Counted from the stretch's first letter, positions 28,382-38,462 are shown. The stretch: DNA of 64,000 nucleotides from an uncultured Chloroflexia bacterium (GCA_963795645.1 CAWCIK010000005.1:216554-280553), one strand, 5' to 3'. A program made the numbers and translations. Notes: generated by a model from the sequence alone, not told the origin.

Positions 28382-29879
28382 ATGCCGCTCGTTCTGGGCA
28401 TCGACGTCTCGACTACGGCGACAAAGGCGGTCCTGCTCGACGGCCACGGCACGGTAGCCGCTGTCGGAGTCTCCGAGTACGGCTACGAGGTCCCTCGCCC
28501 GGGTTGGACGGAGCAGGATCCACAGCTTTGGTGGGACGGTGCCGTGCTGGCCATCCGCAAGGCGCTCGAGGGCGCCGCTGTTGACGGGTCGGCGGTCGCC
28601 GCAGTTGGCCTGACCGGCCAGATGCACGGCGCCGTCCTGCTCGACGCAGCCGACGCCGTGCTCAGGCCGGCGATCCTGTGGAACGACCAGCGCACGGCCG
28701 CTGAGTGCCAGGTCATCCGGGACTCGGTCGGCGCCGAGCGGCTCATCGAGATCACCGGCAACGATGCCCTGACCGGCTTCACTGCTCCCAAGCTGGTCTG
28801 GGTCCGCGACCACGAGCCGGAGATCTGGTCGAAGCACACGTCACGTCCTGCTGCCCAAGGATTACCTGCGCCTTCGGCTGACGGGCGAACACGCGATGGA
28901 CAAGGCCGATGGATCGGGCACGATCCTGTTCGACCTGGCGGCCCGCGACTGGTCAGATGAGGTCCTGCAGGCGCTGCGCATCGATCGCGGCCTGATGCCG
29001 CCCACCTACGAAGGGCCGGTCGTCACAGGCGCCATCACTGCGCAAGCCGCCGCCGCAACCGGCCTGATTGCCGGGACGCCGGTCGTGGCCGGCGGCGGCG
29101 ACCAATCGGCCAACGCTGTTGGCGTGGGCGCCGTCGCGCCCGGGGTCGTGGCCCTCTCATTGGGCACGTCCGGTGTTGTCTTTGCAGCGACGGACTCGCC
29201 CTTGTACGAGCCTCTCGGCCGCGTCCATGCCTTCTGCCACGCCGTGCCCGGTCGCTGGCACATGATGTCGGTGATGCTCTCCGCGGCCGGCAGCCTGCGC
29301 TGGTTCCGCGATGCACTCGCTCCGGAAGTGGAGTTTGGCGACCTGGTTGCGGCCGCCGCCGAGGTCGATGCTGCCGCGAGCGGCCTGTACTTCCTCCCCT
29401 ACCTGACGGGCGAGCGCAGCCCGCACCCGGATCCCGGCGCGCGCGGTGCGTTCGTGGGCCTGAACGTGACCCACGACCGGCGCCACATGACACGTGCTGT
29501 GCTCGAGGGTGTCAGCTTTGGGCTACGCGACGGGATGGAGCTGATGGTCGCGGCGGGCATGGCGCGCCCGGTGCAGGTTCGGGCGTCTGGCGGAGGCCTG
29601 GCAAGCCCGCTGTGGCGACAGATCCTGGCCGACGTCCTGGGCGCCGAGATCGCAGCGCCGAACACGACCGAGGGCGCCGCGTACGGCGCCGGGGTGCTCG
29701 CTGCGGTCGGCGCCGGCTGGTTCGCCTCGGTCGATGAAGCGTGCGCAGTGCTGGTCAGCGCCCGGCCAGTCGCTTCTCCGAGCAGCGCGCAGGCAGGTTA
29801 TGCCCAGCGCTATCTCGACTATGTCGAGCTATACCCGGCCCTCGCGGATTGGTTTCACCGGCCCTCCGCGCCATCCTGA
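28382..29879 (+). pseudogene. xylB: Xylulokinase (FGGY family), one frameshift as assembled
   Basis: The N-terminal part LGIDVSTTATKAVLLD ... GLTGQMHGAVLLD is in one frame. After EIWSK (about 28838, sequence cacacgtcacgtc) the conserved HVLLPKDYLRLRLTGEH ... FLPYLTGERSPH ... GGGLASPLWRQILADVLG continues in ORF 28896..29879. Confidence 0.82.
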
Positions 29880-29886
29880 GCGCGGT

Positions 29887-30876
29887 TCAGTCGGACGCGG
29901 CTGTCTCGAAGAGCAGATCGATGACGCGCATGTTGTTGATCGCGTCGGACGGCTCGAACGGGAGAGCGGTCCCGTCCAGCACCGCAGCCGCGAAGACCTC
30001 GGCCTGGACGGTGTACGGATCCGCTGTGTCGAAAGTGATCGTCTCGGTCGACGGCGCCACCGGCGGGTCGCCGCCCGCGGTGACGTAGATCTCCGTGGGC
30101 CGGTCCGGGGGAATGTTGAACGGGATACCGATCGAGATCCGGCCGGTGGTGCCGTAGATGTGCACGCGCTGGTCGCTCTCGGTGCGTGTCGAGCACATGA
30201 ACGTGGCCACGCCGGTGTCGAACTCGAGGACGCCGCTGGTAAGGACGTCGACACCCATCTCCGGATCCCGTACTGCCGAGCCCACGACTCGATGCGGTTC
30301 GCCGTCGAACAGCAGGCGCGACAGGTTCACGCAATAGCAACCCACGTCGTAGAGCGCCCCGCCGCCAGCCTCGAAGACATTGCGGATGTTGGTCGGATCG
30401 TCGTTGTAGTAGCCGAAGAAGGACTCCACGGCGATAAGGCGACCGATTCTTCGGCTGGCGACAATCTCGCGCACCTTGCGCCACGAAGGATGCAGGCGAT
30501 ACATGAACGCCTCCGCCAGCAGGACACCCTCCTGTTCGCAGACCGCGACTATCCGCGCCGCTTCGGCCGCGTTCATCGCCAACGGCTTCTCGCACAGGAC
30601 GTGCTTCTTGGCCCGCGCCGCCGCCATCGTCCATTCGGCATGCAGGTGGTTGGGCACCGGGATGTAGACGGCATCCACCTCGGGATCGGCCAGGAGCGCC
30701 TCGTATGAGCCGTGCACGGTCGGGATCGACAGCGCCGCGGCGTACTCGCGCGCCTTGTCGATGTCGCGCGACGCCACGGCGACGATGCGATTGCGCGCCG
30801 CCCGCTGCATCGCCGGCACGACCTTCGTGCGTCCTATATCCGCGGTAGAAAGGATGCCCCAGCGCAACTCGTCCAT
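29887..30876 (-). CDS. Gfo/Idh/MocA family oxidoreductase
   Basis: N-terminal Rossmann motif LRWGILSTADIGRTKVVPAM and EKPLAMNAAEA. I prefer the Met at 30876 (MDELRWGIL); the ORF track opens at 30924. Confidence 0.8.
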   Translation of the reverse strand: MDELRWGILSTADIGRTKVVPAMQRAARNRIVAVASRDIDKAREYAAALSIPTVHGSYEALLADPEVDAVYIPVPNHLHAEWTMAAARAKKHVLCEKPLAMNAAEAARIVAVCEQEGVLLAEAFMYRLHPSWRKVREIVASRRIGRLIAVESFFGYYNDDPTNIRNVFEAGGGALYDVGCYCVNLSRLLFDGEPHRVVGSAVRDPEMGVDVLTSGVLEFDTGVATFMCSTRTESDQRVHIYGTTGRISIGIPFNIPPDRPTEIYVTAGGDPPVAPSTETITFDTADPYTVQAEVFAAAVLDGTALPFEPSDAINNMRVIDLLFETAASD

Positions 30877-30901
30877 GGCCAGATTGTAGGAAGCAGGCGC
30901 C

Positions 30902-31789
30902 GTGCTAGCGTTGCCCGCAAACATGCCACTGCCAGATGAAGTATGCGTCGCGGGTGACGAGATCGAGCTTGTCGTCCTGCCCGGCGCGGGAGCCCGAATG
31001 CATAGCCTGCGACTACGCGGCGCGGAGCTCCTGCGATGCCCGCCCGACTCCGCCGACCATCTGGCCGACCCGCTTTTCTGGGGTGCCTACGTGATGGCGC
31101 CATGGTGCAACCGGATAACCCCCGAGACGGTGACGATCGGTCGTCGGGCCGTCGATCTGGCGCCCAACTTTCCCGACGGTTCGGCCATTCACGGTCAGGT
31201 CTATGCAGCGCCCTGGGAGCAGGTCGGGGACGCGACGTTCGCGATCGAGCGCGACGGCGAAGGCTGGCCGTGGCGCTACCGGGTGGAAATCTCCTACTCG
31301 GTCAGCGACGTTCGCGTCGCGATCAGCCTGCGTCTGCAGAACCTGTCCGACGAAACCATGCCGGGCGGCATCGGCCTTCATCCGTGGTTCCCGGTGCCCG
31401 TGGACGTCCGCATCAACAGCGGCCTGACGTACGGCTCCAACAGCGGCCCATCCACCGTGCCCGTGCCCGCGTTGGGGATCCTCGACGTCCGCTCGCGTCA
31501 GCCTCTGAGCACCGGGGTCGACGCGACGTGGTCAGATCCGGACGAGCCGCCGGTCGAGCTGTGGTGGCGAGAGCACGGCATCCACGCAACCATGCGGGCG
31601 CCCTCTCCGACACTCCATATCGTGGCTGCCTATGCCCCGGAGCGCGGTGCGATAGCCGTCGAGCCCGAGACGAACGCGCCGCAGCCGTTGCGGCGCTACG
31701 TGCGCGGCGAACCCGGCGCCCTGACCCCGATCGAGCCGGGAGGCTCGATCGAGCTGCCCATCACCATCGATTTCGACACGATTTCGTGA
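30902..31789 (+). CDS. Aldose 1-epimerase (galactose mutarotase-like) family protein
   Basis: Contains YVMAPWCNRI, NFPDGSAIHGQV and GGIGLHPWF. The start is GTG at 30902 (AGGAAG upstream) or ATG at 30923. Confidence 0.7.
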   Translation: MLALPANMPLPDEVCVAGDEIELVVLPGAGARMHSLRLRGAELLRCPPDSADHLADPLFWGAYVMAPWCNRITPETVTIGRRAVDLAPNFPDGSAIHGQVYAAPWEQVGDATFAIERDGEGWPWRYRVEISYSVSDVRVAISLRLQNLSDETMPGGIGLHPWFPVPVDVRINSGLTYGSNSGPSTVPVPALGILDVRSRQPLSTGVDATWSDPDEPPVELWWREHGIHATMRAPSPTLHIVAAYAPERGAIAVEPETNAPQPLRRYVRGEPGALTPIEPGGSIELPITIDFDTIS

Positions 31790-31831
31790 CCGTCGGCCGG
31801 GACACCGCGGGCGACGCCGCGGAGGACAGCG

Positions 31832-32200
31832 ATGCAGATCGAATTCGACACCCTGATCGCTACCGCAATTGAGAATCTCCCACCCGAGTTTCGGGCGCAG
31901 CTCGACTCGGTAGCCATCGTCGTGGACGATTACGCGACTCCCGAGCAGCTCGCCGCGACGCACAGCCACGGCCTGTTCGGCATCTACCAGGGCATTCCCC
32001 GTACGGCACTCGGCGCCGATGGCGCGCCCTATGCGAACAAGATCACCCTGTTTCGGGCGCCGCTTCAGGCGCACAGTCGCGGCTCACATGACCTGGCCGC
32101 GCTCGTGGAGGAGACGCTCTTCCACGAGATAGGACACCACCTGGGGATCAGCGACGCTCGTCTGTACGAGCTGGCCCGGGAGCGTCGCCAGCGGACGTAG
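31832..32200 (+). CDS. Small zinc metallopeptidase family protein (zincin-like, DUF1025-type)
   Basis: Contains the HExxH motif in LFHEIGHHLG and the typical LPPEFRAQLDSVAIVVDD N-terminal part. Confidence 0.65.
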   Translation: MQIEFDTLIATAIENLPPEFRAQLDSVAIVVDDYATPEQLAATHSHGLFGIYQGIPRTALGADGAPYANKITLFRAPLQAHSRGSHDLAALVEETLFHEIGHHLGISDARLYELARERRQRT

Positions 32201-32957
32201 CAGTCTCGTCCCTCTGATCGAGCAGCCACGGCCGCTCACTGAATACGTCGGTGATGAAACGGCCCACCAGGCCGGGTGGTGGCTCGTCTTTCACGCCGAC
32301 AAGGAGCAGTTCGAGAGCCGTTTGGAGCTCGACGGTGAGCGAGGCGACTCCCTCGCGGTCGGCCCGCCGCCCGGCCAGCGCCACGACCGGGCCGACGCGC
32401 ATCGTCACGCGCTTGCCGAAGCGCAGCCAGCGCGTGCCGATGATCGCCATCGGCACAACTGGCACTCCGGCGCGCAACGCGAAGAAGGCCGCTCCATCCT
32501 CGAGTGGCACGATTTCTCCCTCGCGGTCCGACAGTCGTCCCTCCCCTGCGAGAGCGAGCACGTAGCCTGCCTTGAGCACGCTCGTCGCTCGTCGGGTGGT
32601 GTCGATCAAGTCCGTCTTCGAAGGCCGGAACGGCACGGCCATGTGCGACCAGCGAATGAGGGCGTTGCGCCAGCCCGTGCCCATGTCCTCTTCCTTGGGT
32701 CCGAAGATGAAAACGGGATGCCGCAATGGCCAGTGCGACGCCAGCAGGAATGGATCGACCCAGCTCGGGTGGCTGAAATTCAGGAGATACGGAGGCTCGG
32801 GCAGGGTGTCGAAGCCATCGTGTCGTACACGCAGGTAGCACCCAACAAAGAAGCGGATTCCGTAGCGCAGAAAAGCCCGCCGCAGCGGGCCCGGAGGCTG
32901 CGGCGTGAACCTGGGTACGCCGTCGGCCTCAGGCGCCTGCGACGGCTTCCTGCTCAA
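32148..32957 (-). CDS. plsC: Lysophospholipid (1-acyl-sn-glycerol-3-phosphate) acyltransferase family protein
   Basis: Acyltransferase block I is the HX4D motif in NFSHPSWVDPF; block III is LAGEGRLS. The start is uncertain. I propose the TTG at 32957, which overlaps the end of the upstream gene. The 3' end overlaps the convergent metallopeptidase gene by 53 nt. Confidence 0.65.
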   Translation of the reverse strand: MSRKPSQAPEADGVPRFTPQPPGPLRRAFLRYGIRFFVGCYLRVRHDGFDTLPEPPYLLNFSHPSWVDPFLLASHWPLRHPVFIFGPKEEDMGTGWRNALIRWSHMAVPFRPSKTDLIDTTRRATSVLKAGYVLALAGEGRLSDREGEIVPLEDGAAFFALRAGVPVVPMAIIGTRWLRFGKRVTMRVGPVVALAGRRADREGVASLTVELQTALELLLVGVKDEPPPGLVGRFITDVFSERPWLLDQRDETATSAGDAPGPARTDERR

Positions 32958-34026
32958 GGACAGCGATCTGCGGCAGCGCCACAGGCGGAGGCACTCCCTG
33001 GGTGTCGCGCTCCAGCTCGTCAAGGAAGACCGGGACCAGGTCCGGATCGAACTGCTTGCCGCGCAGTCGAAGCAGCTCGTCGCGCACTCGTTCGTGGGCC
33101 TGGGCGGGCTGATACGGCCGGCCGTGGACCATGGCTTCGTACGCGTCTGCAACGGCGACGATGCGGGCGCCGAGGGGGATGCCCTCGCCACGCAGCCCAT
33201 CTGGATAGCCGCCTCCGTTGAAGCGCTCGTGGTGGTGACGAATGATCGGCGCAAACGTGCGCGACGCGCTCAGCGGCCGACAGATGCGCTCGCCAATCTC
33301 AGGATGGCGGCGCATCAGGCTCCATTCATCGTCGCTCAGCGGTCCTTCCTTGCGCAGCAGGTGCTCGGGCACGCCGATCTTTCCGACGTCATGCAGCAAG
33401 GCGCCGTACGCGACCGCCTCGAGCTCCTCGCCGCGTAGGCCCAGGTTGGCCCCGACGCGAGCAGCGTGATGGGCCAGCCACCGACAGTGGTGGACGAGAC
33501 CCAGATCCTTTGCCTCGACGGCATTGGCCAGTGCGGCCACGATCTGCGTCGCCCGTTCGAGCGACGTGATGGCCCGACGCAGGCGCATTGCGCTGCGGAT
33601 GCGAGCGAGCAGCTCGACCTGCTGGACCGGCTTGGTCAGGAAGTCGTCGGCGCCTGCGTCGAGCGCGGCGACCATGTCTTCCATGGACGTGTGGGCCGTG
33701 ATGACGATCACCGGCAGTGTCGCGGTCACCGGATCGGCACGCAGCCTGCGGCAGATTTCGAAACCGTCCATCCCGGGAAGTGACAGGTCGAGCAGAACCA
33801 TCTCCGGCGCGTGCTCGACGATCGCGCGCAGACCCATTTCGCCGTTGCCGATGCCAAGAGAGTCGTAGCCCTCACCGTCGAGCACGCGCATCAGCAACGA
33901 GCGCTGGGTGGGCTCGTCCTCGATCACGAGCACGAGGGGTTTGCGATTGGCCAGCAAGGCGGCGACGGTAACTTCGTCGACACCGCCGTTCAGGTGCCCG
34001 TCGGCAGGCACGTCCTGCACGCCCAT
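32929..34026 (-). CDS. Response regulator with HD-GYP (c-di-GMP phosphodiesterase-type) output domain
   Basis: The REC domain reads LVIEDEPTQRSLLMRVLDGEGY...LLDLSLPGMDG...FLTKP. The HD-GYP domain reads ALLHDVGKIGVP...HHERFNGGGYPDGL. I use the internal Met at 34026. Confidence 0.85.
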   Translation of the reverse strand: MGVQDVPADGHLNGGVDEVTVAALLANRKPLVLVIEDEPTQRSLLMRVLDGEGYDSLGIGNGEMGLRAIVEHAPEMVLLDLSLPGMDGFEICRRLRADPVTATLPVIVITAHTSMEDMVAALDAGADDFLTKPVQQVELLARIRSAMRLRRAITSLERATQIVAALANAVEAKDLGLVHHCRWLAHHAARVGANLGLRGEELEAVAYGALLHDVGKIGVPEHLLRKEGPLSDDEWSLMRRHPEIGERICRPLSASRTFAPIIRHHHERFNGGGYPDGLRGEGIPLGARIVAVADAYEAMVHGRPYQPAQAHERVRDELLRLRGKQFDPDLVPVFLDELERDTQGVPPPVALPQIAVLEQEAVAGA

Positions 34027-34256
34027 GATCCTCCTGCTGTGCGGCCTCGATCTCGGCGAAGCCGAAGTCTCAGGTCCCTGCGGGCACGCTCGGAACCGGC
34101 CGTCCGAGTATGCCACGCAAAGGCGGTCGCGATGGAGCGCGGATGCAATCGTGCGGCAATTCCTTGCGAGCCCGACGCGGGGCGAATAGCATGCGTTGCG
34201 AGGGTCGGAGAACTGTGCGAATGACGTCGGTTCGCGACCAGAGGAGGAATCACCAG

Positions 34257-35549
34257 ATGCAAATTCGTAAGTCGTTTGCCCTTGGGGCGGCGACGGTCGT
34301 GCTCATCGCTGCGTGCAGCGGCGGCACGGCGACAACAGCCCCCAGCACCCAGGCGCCGGCCACTGAGGCGCCTGCGACGCAGGCGCCGCCGACGGTCGCG
34401 CCGGCAACGCCGACCATGGCCCCTGAGAGCATGGCCCCCGAGACGACCGCGCCTGAAACAACGGCACCGGAGACGACCGCGCCTGAAACGACGGCCCCGA
34501 GCACGCCACAAGCGGGCGCGTGGACTGTCGCAGTTGTGACCGACGTCGGCACCATCGACGACAAGAACTTCAACCAGTACTCGTACGAGGGCGCACAGCT
34601 CGGTGCTCGCCTGATCGGCGCAACCGATCCGGCGTATGTGGTACCCGCCGACGCCTCTGAGTACGCCTCAGACATCCAGAGCTTCCTGGATAACGGCGCC
34701 AACATGATCGTCACCGTTGGTTTCAACCTCAACAACGACACTCTGGTGGCCGCCAAGGCGAACCCGGATGTCTGGTTCATCGGCGTCGACCAGAACGCCT
34801 GTGTCGATGAGACCGGCGCCCCCGACAGCACGTTCACGTGCGCCGGCGATGCCAGCCAGCTGCTGCCGAACTTTGTCGGCCTGCAGTACCAGGAAGACCA
34901 GGCGGGCTACCTCGCGGGGATCGTCGCGGGAAGCATCAGCCAGAACAAGACGGTCGCCGCGATCGGCGGCATCAATACCGTTCCGGCCGTGGTGCGCTAC
35001 ATCCAGGGCTTCGAGCTCGGCGCCCAGTCGGTGAGCAACAAGATCAACGTCAAGACGGGCTACGTGTCCACGTCGGACTTCGGCGTCGCGTTCAACAACC
35101 CCGGCGAGGGCAAGAACTACGCCGACCAGTTCATCCAGACCAACAATCCGGACGTCGTCTTCCAGGTCGCAGGCAAGACCGGCAACGGCATCCTGGAGTC
35201 GGCCTGCTCGAACGGCCTGTACGGCATCGGCGTTGACGTCGACCAGTGGCTGTCACTGAACGCCGACAACGACCCTACCTATCAGTGCATCGTGACGTCG
35301 GCCGAGAAGCACCTTTCGAACTCGGTCTCCAACACGATCCAGCAGATCTACCTGGGCACTGACCTGGGTCTCGACCAGTTCGGATCGTTGCACTTCAACG
35401 CGACGAACGATGGCATCGGTGTCTCTCCGGAGCACGATGGCAAGGGGCTGATCACGCCCGACATCCAGACCCTGCTTGACACCGCTCTGGCGGGCATGCA
35501 GGACGGGTCACTCCAGACCTGCCCGGACAATTGCGGCTCAGCCCAGTAG
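34257..35549 (+). CDS. BMP-family (PnrA/Med-like) ABC transporter substrate-binding lipoprotein
   Basis: ATG at 34257 after GAGGAGG. Lipobox LIAACSGG and an APETT repeat linker. The BMP fold includes VAVVTDVGTIDDKNFNQYSYEG and FQVAGKTGNGILE. Confidence 0.85.
   Translation: MQIRKSFALGAATVVLIAACSGGTATTAPSTQAPATEAPATQAPPTVAPATPTMAPESMAPETTAPETTAPETTAPETTAPSTPQAGAWTVAVVTDVGTIDDKNFNQYSYEGAQLGARLIGATDPAYVVPADASEYASDIQSFLDNGANMIVTVGFNLNNDTLVAAKANPDVWFIGVDQNACVDETGAPDSTFTCAGDASQLLPNFVGLQYQEDQAGYLAGIVAGSISQNKTVAAIGGINTVPAVVRYIQGFELGAQSVSNKINVKTGYVSTSDFGVAFNNPGEGKNYADQFIQTNNPDVVFQVAGKTGNGILESACSNGLYGIGVDVDQWLSLNADNDPTYQCIVTSAEKHLSNSVSNTIQQIYLGTDLGLDQFGSLHFNATNDGIGVSPEHDGKGLITPDIQTLLDTALAGMQDGSLQTCPDNCGSAQ
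34417..34505 (+). repeat. In-frame 15-nt tandem repeat (about 5-6 copies) encoding (A-P-E-T-T)n linker
   Basis: Encodes MAPESMAPETTAPETTAPETTAPETTAPST. Confidence 0.7.
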
Positions 35550-35574
35550 GGGGGCCCCAACCAAGTTGTAGCCA

Positions 35575-35616
35575 AGAGCGGGTCGCGAACTCCTTCGCGA
35601 CCCGCTCTTTCTTTAT
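35575..35616 (+). terminator. Intrinsic terminator or attenuator after the BMP binding-protein gene
   Basis: AGAGCGGGTCGCGAA-ctcc-TTCGCGACCCGCTCT is followed by TTCTTTAT. Confidence 0.65.
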
Positions 35617-35634
35617 CAGGGAGAGCCAGCGTCG

Positions 35635-37242
35635 GTGACAACGGAGCCACCAACGACCGTCGCCACTGTCGACGAGGTTCCCTTAGCGCACGCCACGCCC
35701 GCGCTGGAGATGCACGGCATCACGAAGCGCTACCCGGGCGTCGTCGCCAACGACCACATCGATCTGAAGATCGAGCCGGGTGAGATCCACGCCCTGCTCG
35801 GCGAGAACGGCGCCGGCAAGACGACGCTGATGAACGTCCTGTACGGGCTGGCAGTGCCCGATGAGGGCGAGATCCTGCTCGACGGCGAGCCGATCAAGAT
35901 TGCAGGACCCTCTGACGCGATCGCACGCGGCATCAGCATGGTCCACCAGCACTTCATGCTCGTGCCCGTACTGACCGTCGCCGAGAACATCATCCTGGGC
36001 GAAGAGACCCTTCATCCGGGCGGCTTCATCGACCACGGCGCGGCCAGCAGCCAGATTCGCGATCTCGCCGAGCGCTTTGGATTCGAGATCGATCCGGACA
36101 CAAAGGTCGCAGCCCTGTCCGTCGGCCAGCAGCAGCGGGTCGAGATCCTCAAGGCGTTGTACCGCGACACGCGGATCCTCGTGCTTGATGAGCCAACGGC
36201 GGTGCTCACGCCGCAGGAAACAGAAGAGATCTTCGTCCTCCTCCGCCGTCTGGCCGAGAGCGGCCGAAGCATCATCTTCATCAGCCACAAGCTCTATGAA
36301 GTGATGGAGATAGCCGACACGATAACGGTCATCCGGCGCGGCAAGGTTGTCGGCCAGCGCCTGCCCGGAGAGACGAGCGAAGAGGACCTGGCCGAGTTGA
36401 TGGTCGGACGTGAGGTCCTGCTGACCGTCGACAGAGGAAAGTCGACGCCCGCCGGACAAGTCCTCGAGGTCGCTGATCTGCACGTCAAGGACGACCGCGG
36501 CCATGAAACCGTCCGTGGCGTATCGCTCAACGTGCGCGCCGGCGAGATCCTTGGCATAGCCGGCGTCGCCGGAAACGGCCAGGACGAGCTGGTCGAGGCG
36601 CTTGTCGGGCTGCGGCGGGTCTCGTCGGGCACGATCAGCCTCGACGGCAATCCGATCACCGGGTCGTCGCCGCGCAAGATCCACGAGCACAACATCGCCT
36701 ATGTACCCGCAGATCGACATCGGTTCGGCTTGATCCTGTCGTTTTCGGTGGCCGACAACCTTGTCCTAACCCGGTACATGAGCGCTCCATTCGCGCGCTA
36801 CGGGATCCGAAACGACGCCGCCATCCAGGCGGAGGCCGAGGAGAACATCGCCGACTTCGACATCCGCACGCCTTCCGCAACGGTCAGTGCGGGGACGCTG
36901 TCCGGCGGCAACCAGCAAAAGGTGGTCGTCGCGCGCGAGTTCGATGGCGATCTGAAGCTGCTCGTCCTGGATCAGCCCACGCGTGGCCTGGATGTGGGCA
37001 GCATCGAGTTCATCCACGGCCAGGTGATCAACAAGCGCAATGCGGGCACCGCCGTGTTGCTCGTTTCGGCAGAGCTCGACGAGATCCTTGAGATGTCTGA
37101 TCGGATCGCTGTCATGTACCGCGGGCAGATCGTTGCCGAGCGCGATGGTCGAACGGCCGACAAGAACGAAATCGGACTGCTCATGGCCACCGGCGGCAAG
37201 CAACATGGCGACGCCGATGGGCCACCGGTATCGGGCAAATGA
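35635..37242 (+). CDS. ABC transporter ATP-binding protein (duplicated ABC domains, sugar/nucleoside importer type)
   Basis: Contains [26 protein letters not shown] and LVLDEPTAVL, plus a second degenerate ABC domain with LSGGNQQKVVVAREF. Confidence 0.9.
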   Translation: MTTEPPTTVATVDEVPLAHATPALEMHGITKRYPGVVANDHIDLKIEPGEIHALLGENGAGKTTLMNVLYGLAVPDEGEILLDGEPIKIAGPSDAIARGISMVHQHFMLVPVLTVAENIILGEETLHPGGFIDHGAASSQIRDLAERFGFEIDPDTKVAALSVGQQQRVEILKALYRDTRILVLDEPTAVLTPQETEEIFVLLRRLAESGRSIIFISHKLYEVMEIADTITVIRRGKVVGQRLPGETSEEDLAELMVGREVLLTVDRGKSTPAGQVLEVADLHVKDDRGHETVRGVSLNVRAGEILGIAGVAGNGQDELVEALVGLRRVSSGTISLDGNPITGSSPRKIHEHNIAYVPADRHRFGLILSFSVADNLVLTRYMSAPFARYGIRNDAAIQAEAEENIADFDIRTPSATVSAGTLSGGNQQKVVVAREFDGDLKLLVLDQPTRGLDVGSIEFIHGQVINKRNAGTAVLLVSAELDEILEMSDRIAVMYRGQIVAERDGRTADKNEIGLLMATGGKQHGDADGPPVSGK

Positions 37243-38462
37243 CCGACCAGCCGACCGTGGCTCCCGAGCCGCCCGAGCCGTCGCGTCCTGGCACGGCCGA
37301 ACAGCCCGGGAAGGCGCCTCGAAGCTGGTCCGGTCGCATACGTTCGCTGCTGTTGCAGACGTGGTCGGTCATGGCCATGCCCCTGCTGGCGATTGTCCTG
37401 GCGCTCGTCGTCGGCGCCGTCCTGATCGTTCTGACGAGCGTGCTCGAGCCCGGTGCGACTTTCGATGTTGGGCTTCCGCTGCGCGCTTACCAGGCGCTGT
37501 GGGACGGCTCGTTGGGCAGCGAGAACGGGCGTGTAACGACCCTCGTCCAGGCTGCGCCACTGATGCTGGCCGGACTGGGTGTGGGGCTGGGCTTCAAGGC
37601 TGGCTTGTTCAACATAGGTGCACAGGGCCAGTTCCTGATCGGCGCCGTCTTCTGTGTCGCGGGCGCGACGCTCGTGAGCGATCAGGATCCGCTCATCGCA
37701 ATTCCATTTTCGCTCCTGGTCGGTGCCATCGCGGGCGCAGCCTGGGGGTTCATACCCGGTGCCCTGAAGGCGTTCTCCGGAGCGCACGAGGTGGTCACCA
37801 CGATCATGCTCAACTTCGTCGCGCTGGCGACGGTCTCGTGGCTGATTACCGGGCCGCTGCGCCAAGCCCGCTCTCCGCAGCCTGTTACCCCGGACGTAGG
37901 CAACGCGGCACTGCCCATCCTGTTTGGACGCGACGGGCACATGGGCATAATCCTCGCCTTCCTGGCCGTCCCGATCATCTGGTTCGTGCTCAACAGGTTG
38001 ACGGTGGGCTTTGAGATTCGCGCGGTCGGCGCCAATCCTGAGGCCTCGCGCTACGCGGGCATGAAGCCAAAACGACTCATCATCATCACGATGAGCGCGG
38101 CCGGCATGCTGGCCGGTCTCGCGGGAACGATCACCATCCTGGGCATCACCCACCGCATGAACGCGACGTTCAGCACGACCGTCGGCTTTGACGCGATCAC
38201 CGTCGCGTTGCTCGGTCGTTCGCACCCGGTGGGCATCATGCTTTCCGCCCTGCTTTTCGGAATGATGCGCGCCGGCGCCAGCCAGATGCAGATTCAGGCC
38301 GGCGTGCCGGCCGAGCTGGTTGACCTGCTGCAGGCCATCATCCTGTTCTTCCTGGTCGCCAGCCCGGTTCTGACCCGGGTATTCAAGCTGCGTGACGTAA
38401 AGGCCAACCTGGGCACTACGGACACCATCTCGCGCAGCTACGGAAACGAGGCGATCAGATGA
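37239..38462 (+). CDS. ABC transporter permease (BMP/nucleoside importer, first permease)
   Basis: A multi-TM protein. The start overlaps the upstream stop (ATGA), and it has the branched-chain/ribose-type permease fold (FNIGAQGQFLIGA). Confidence 0.85.
   Translation: MTDQPTVAPEPPEPSRPGTAEQPGKAPRSWSGRIRSLLLQTWSVMAMPLLAIVLALVVGAVLIVLTSVLEPGATFDVGLPLRAYQALWDGSLGSENGRVTTLVQAAPLMLAGLGVGLGFKAGLFNIGAQGQFLIGAVFCVAGATLVSDQDPLIAIPFSLLVGAIAGAAWGFIPGALKAFSGAHEVVTTIMLNFVALATVSWLITGPLRQARSPQPVTPDVGNAALPILFGRDGHMGIILAFLAVPIIWFVLNRLTVGFEIRAVGANPEASRYAGMKPKRLIIITMSAAGMLAGLAGTITILGITHRMNATFSTTVGFDAITVALLGRSHPVGIMLSALLFGMMRAGASQMQIQAGVPAELVDLLQAIILFFLVASPVLTRVFKLRDVKANLGTTDTISRSYGNEAIR

Noticed and set aside
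34027-34256. A possible riboswitch (c-di-GMP or purine class) in the 230-nt region between the HD-GYP regulator and the BMP transporter.
   Set aside because: I could not find the conserved cores of GEMM-I or of the purine riboswitch. The region is a divergent promoter region, and plain promoters explain it. An Infernal scan would settle it.
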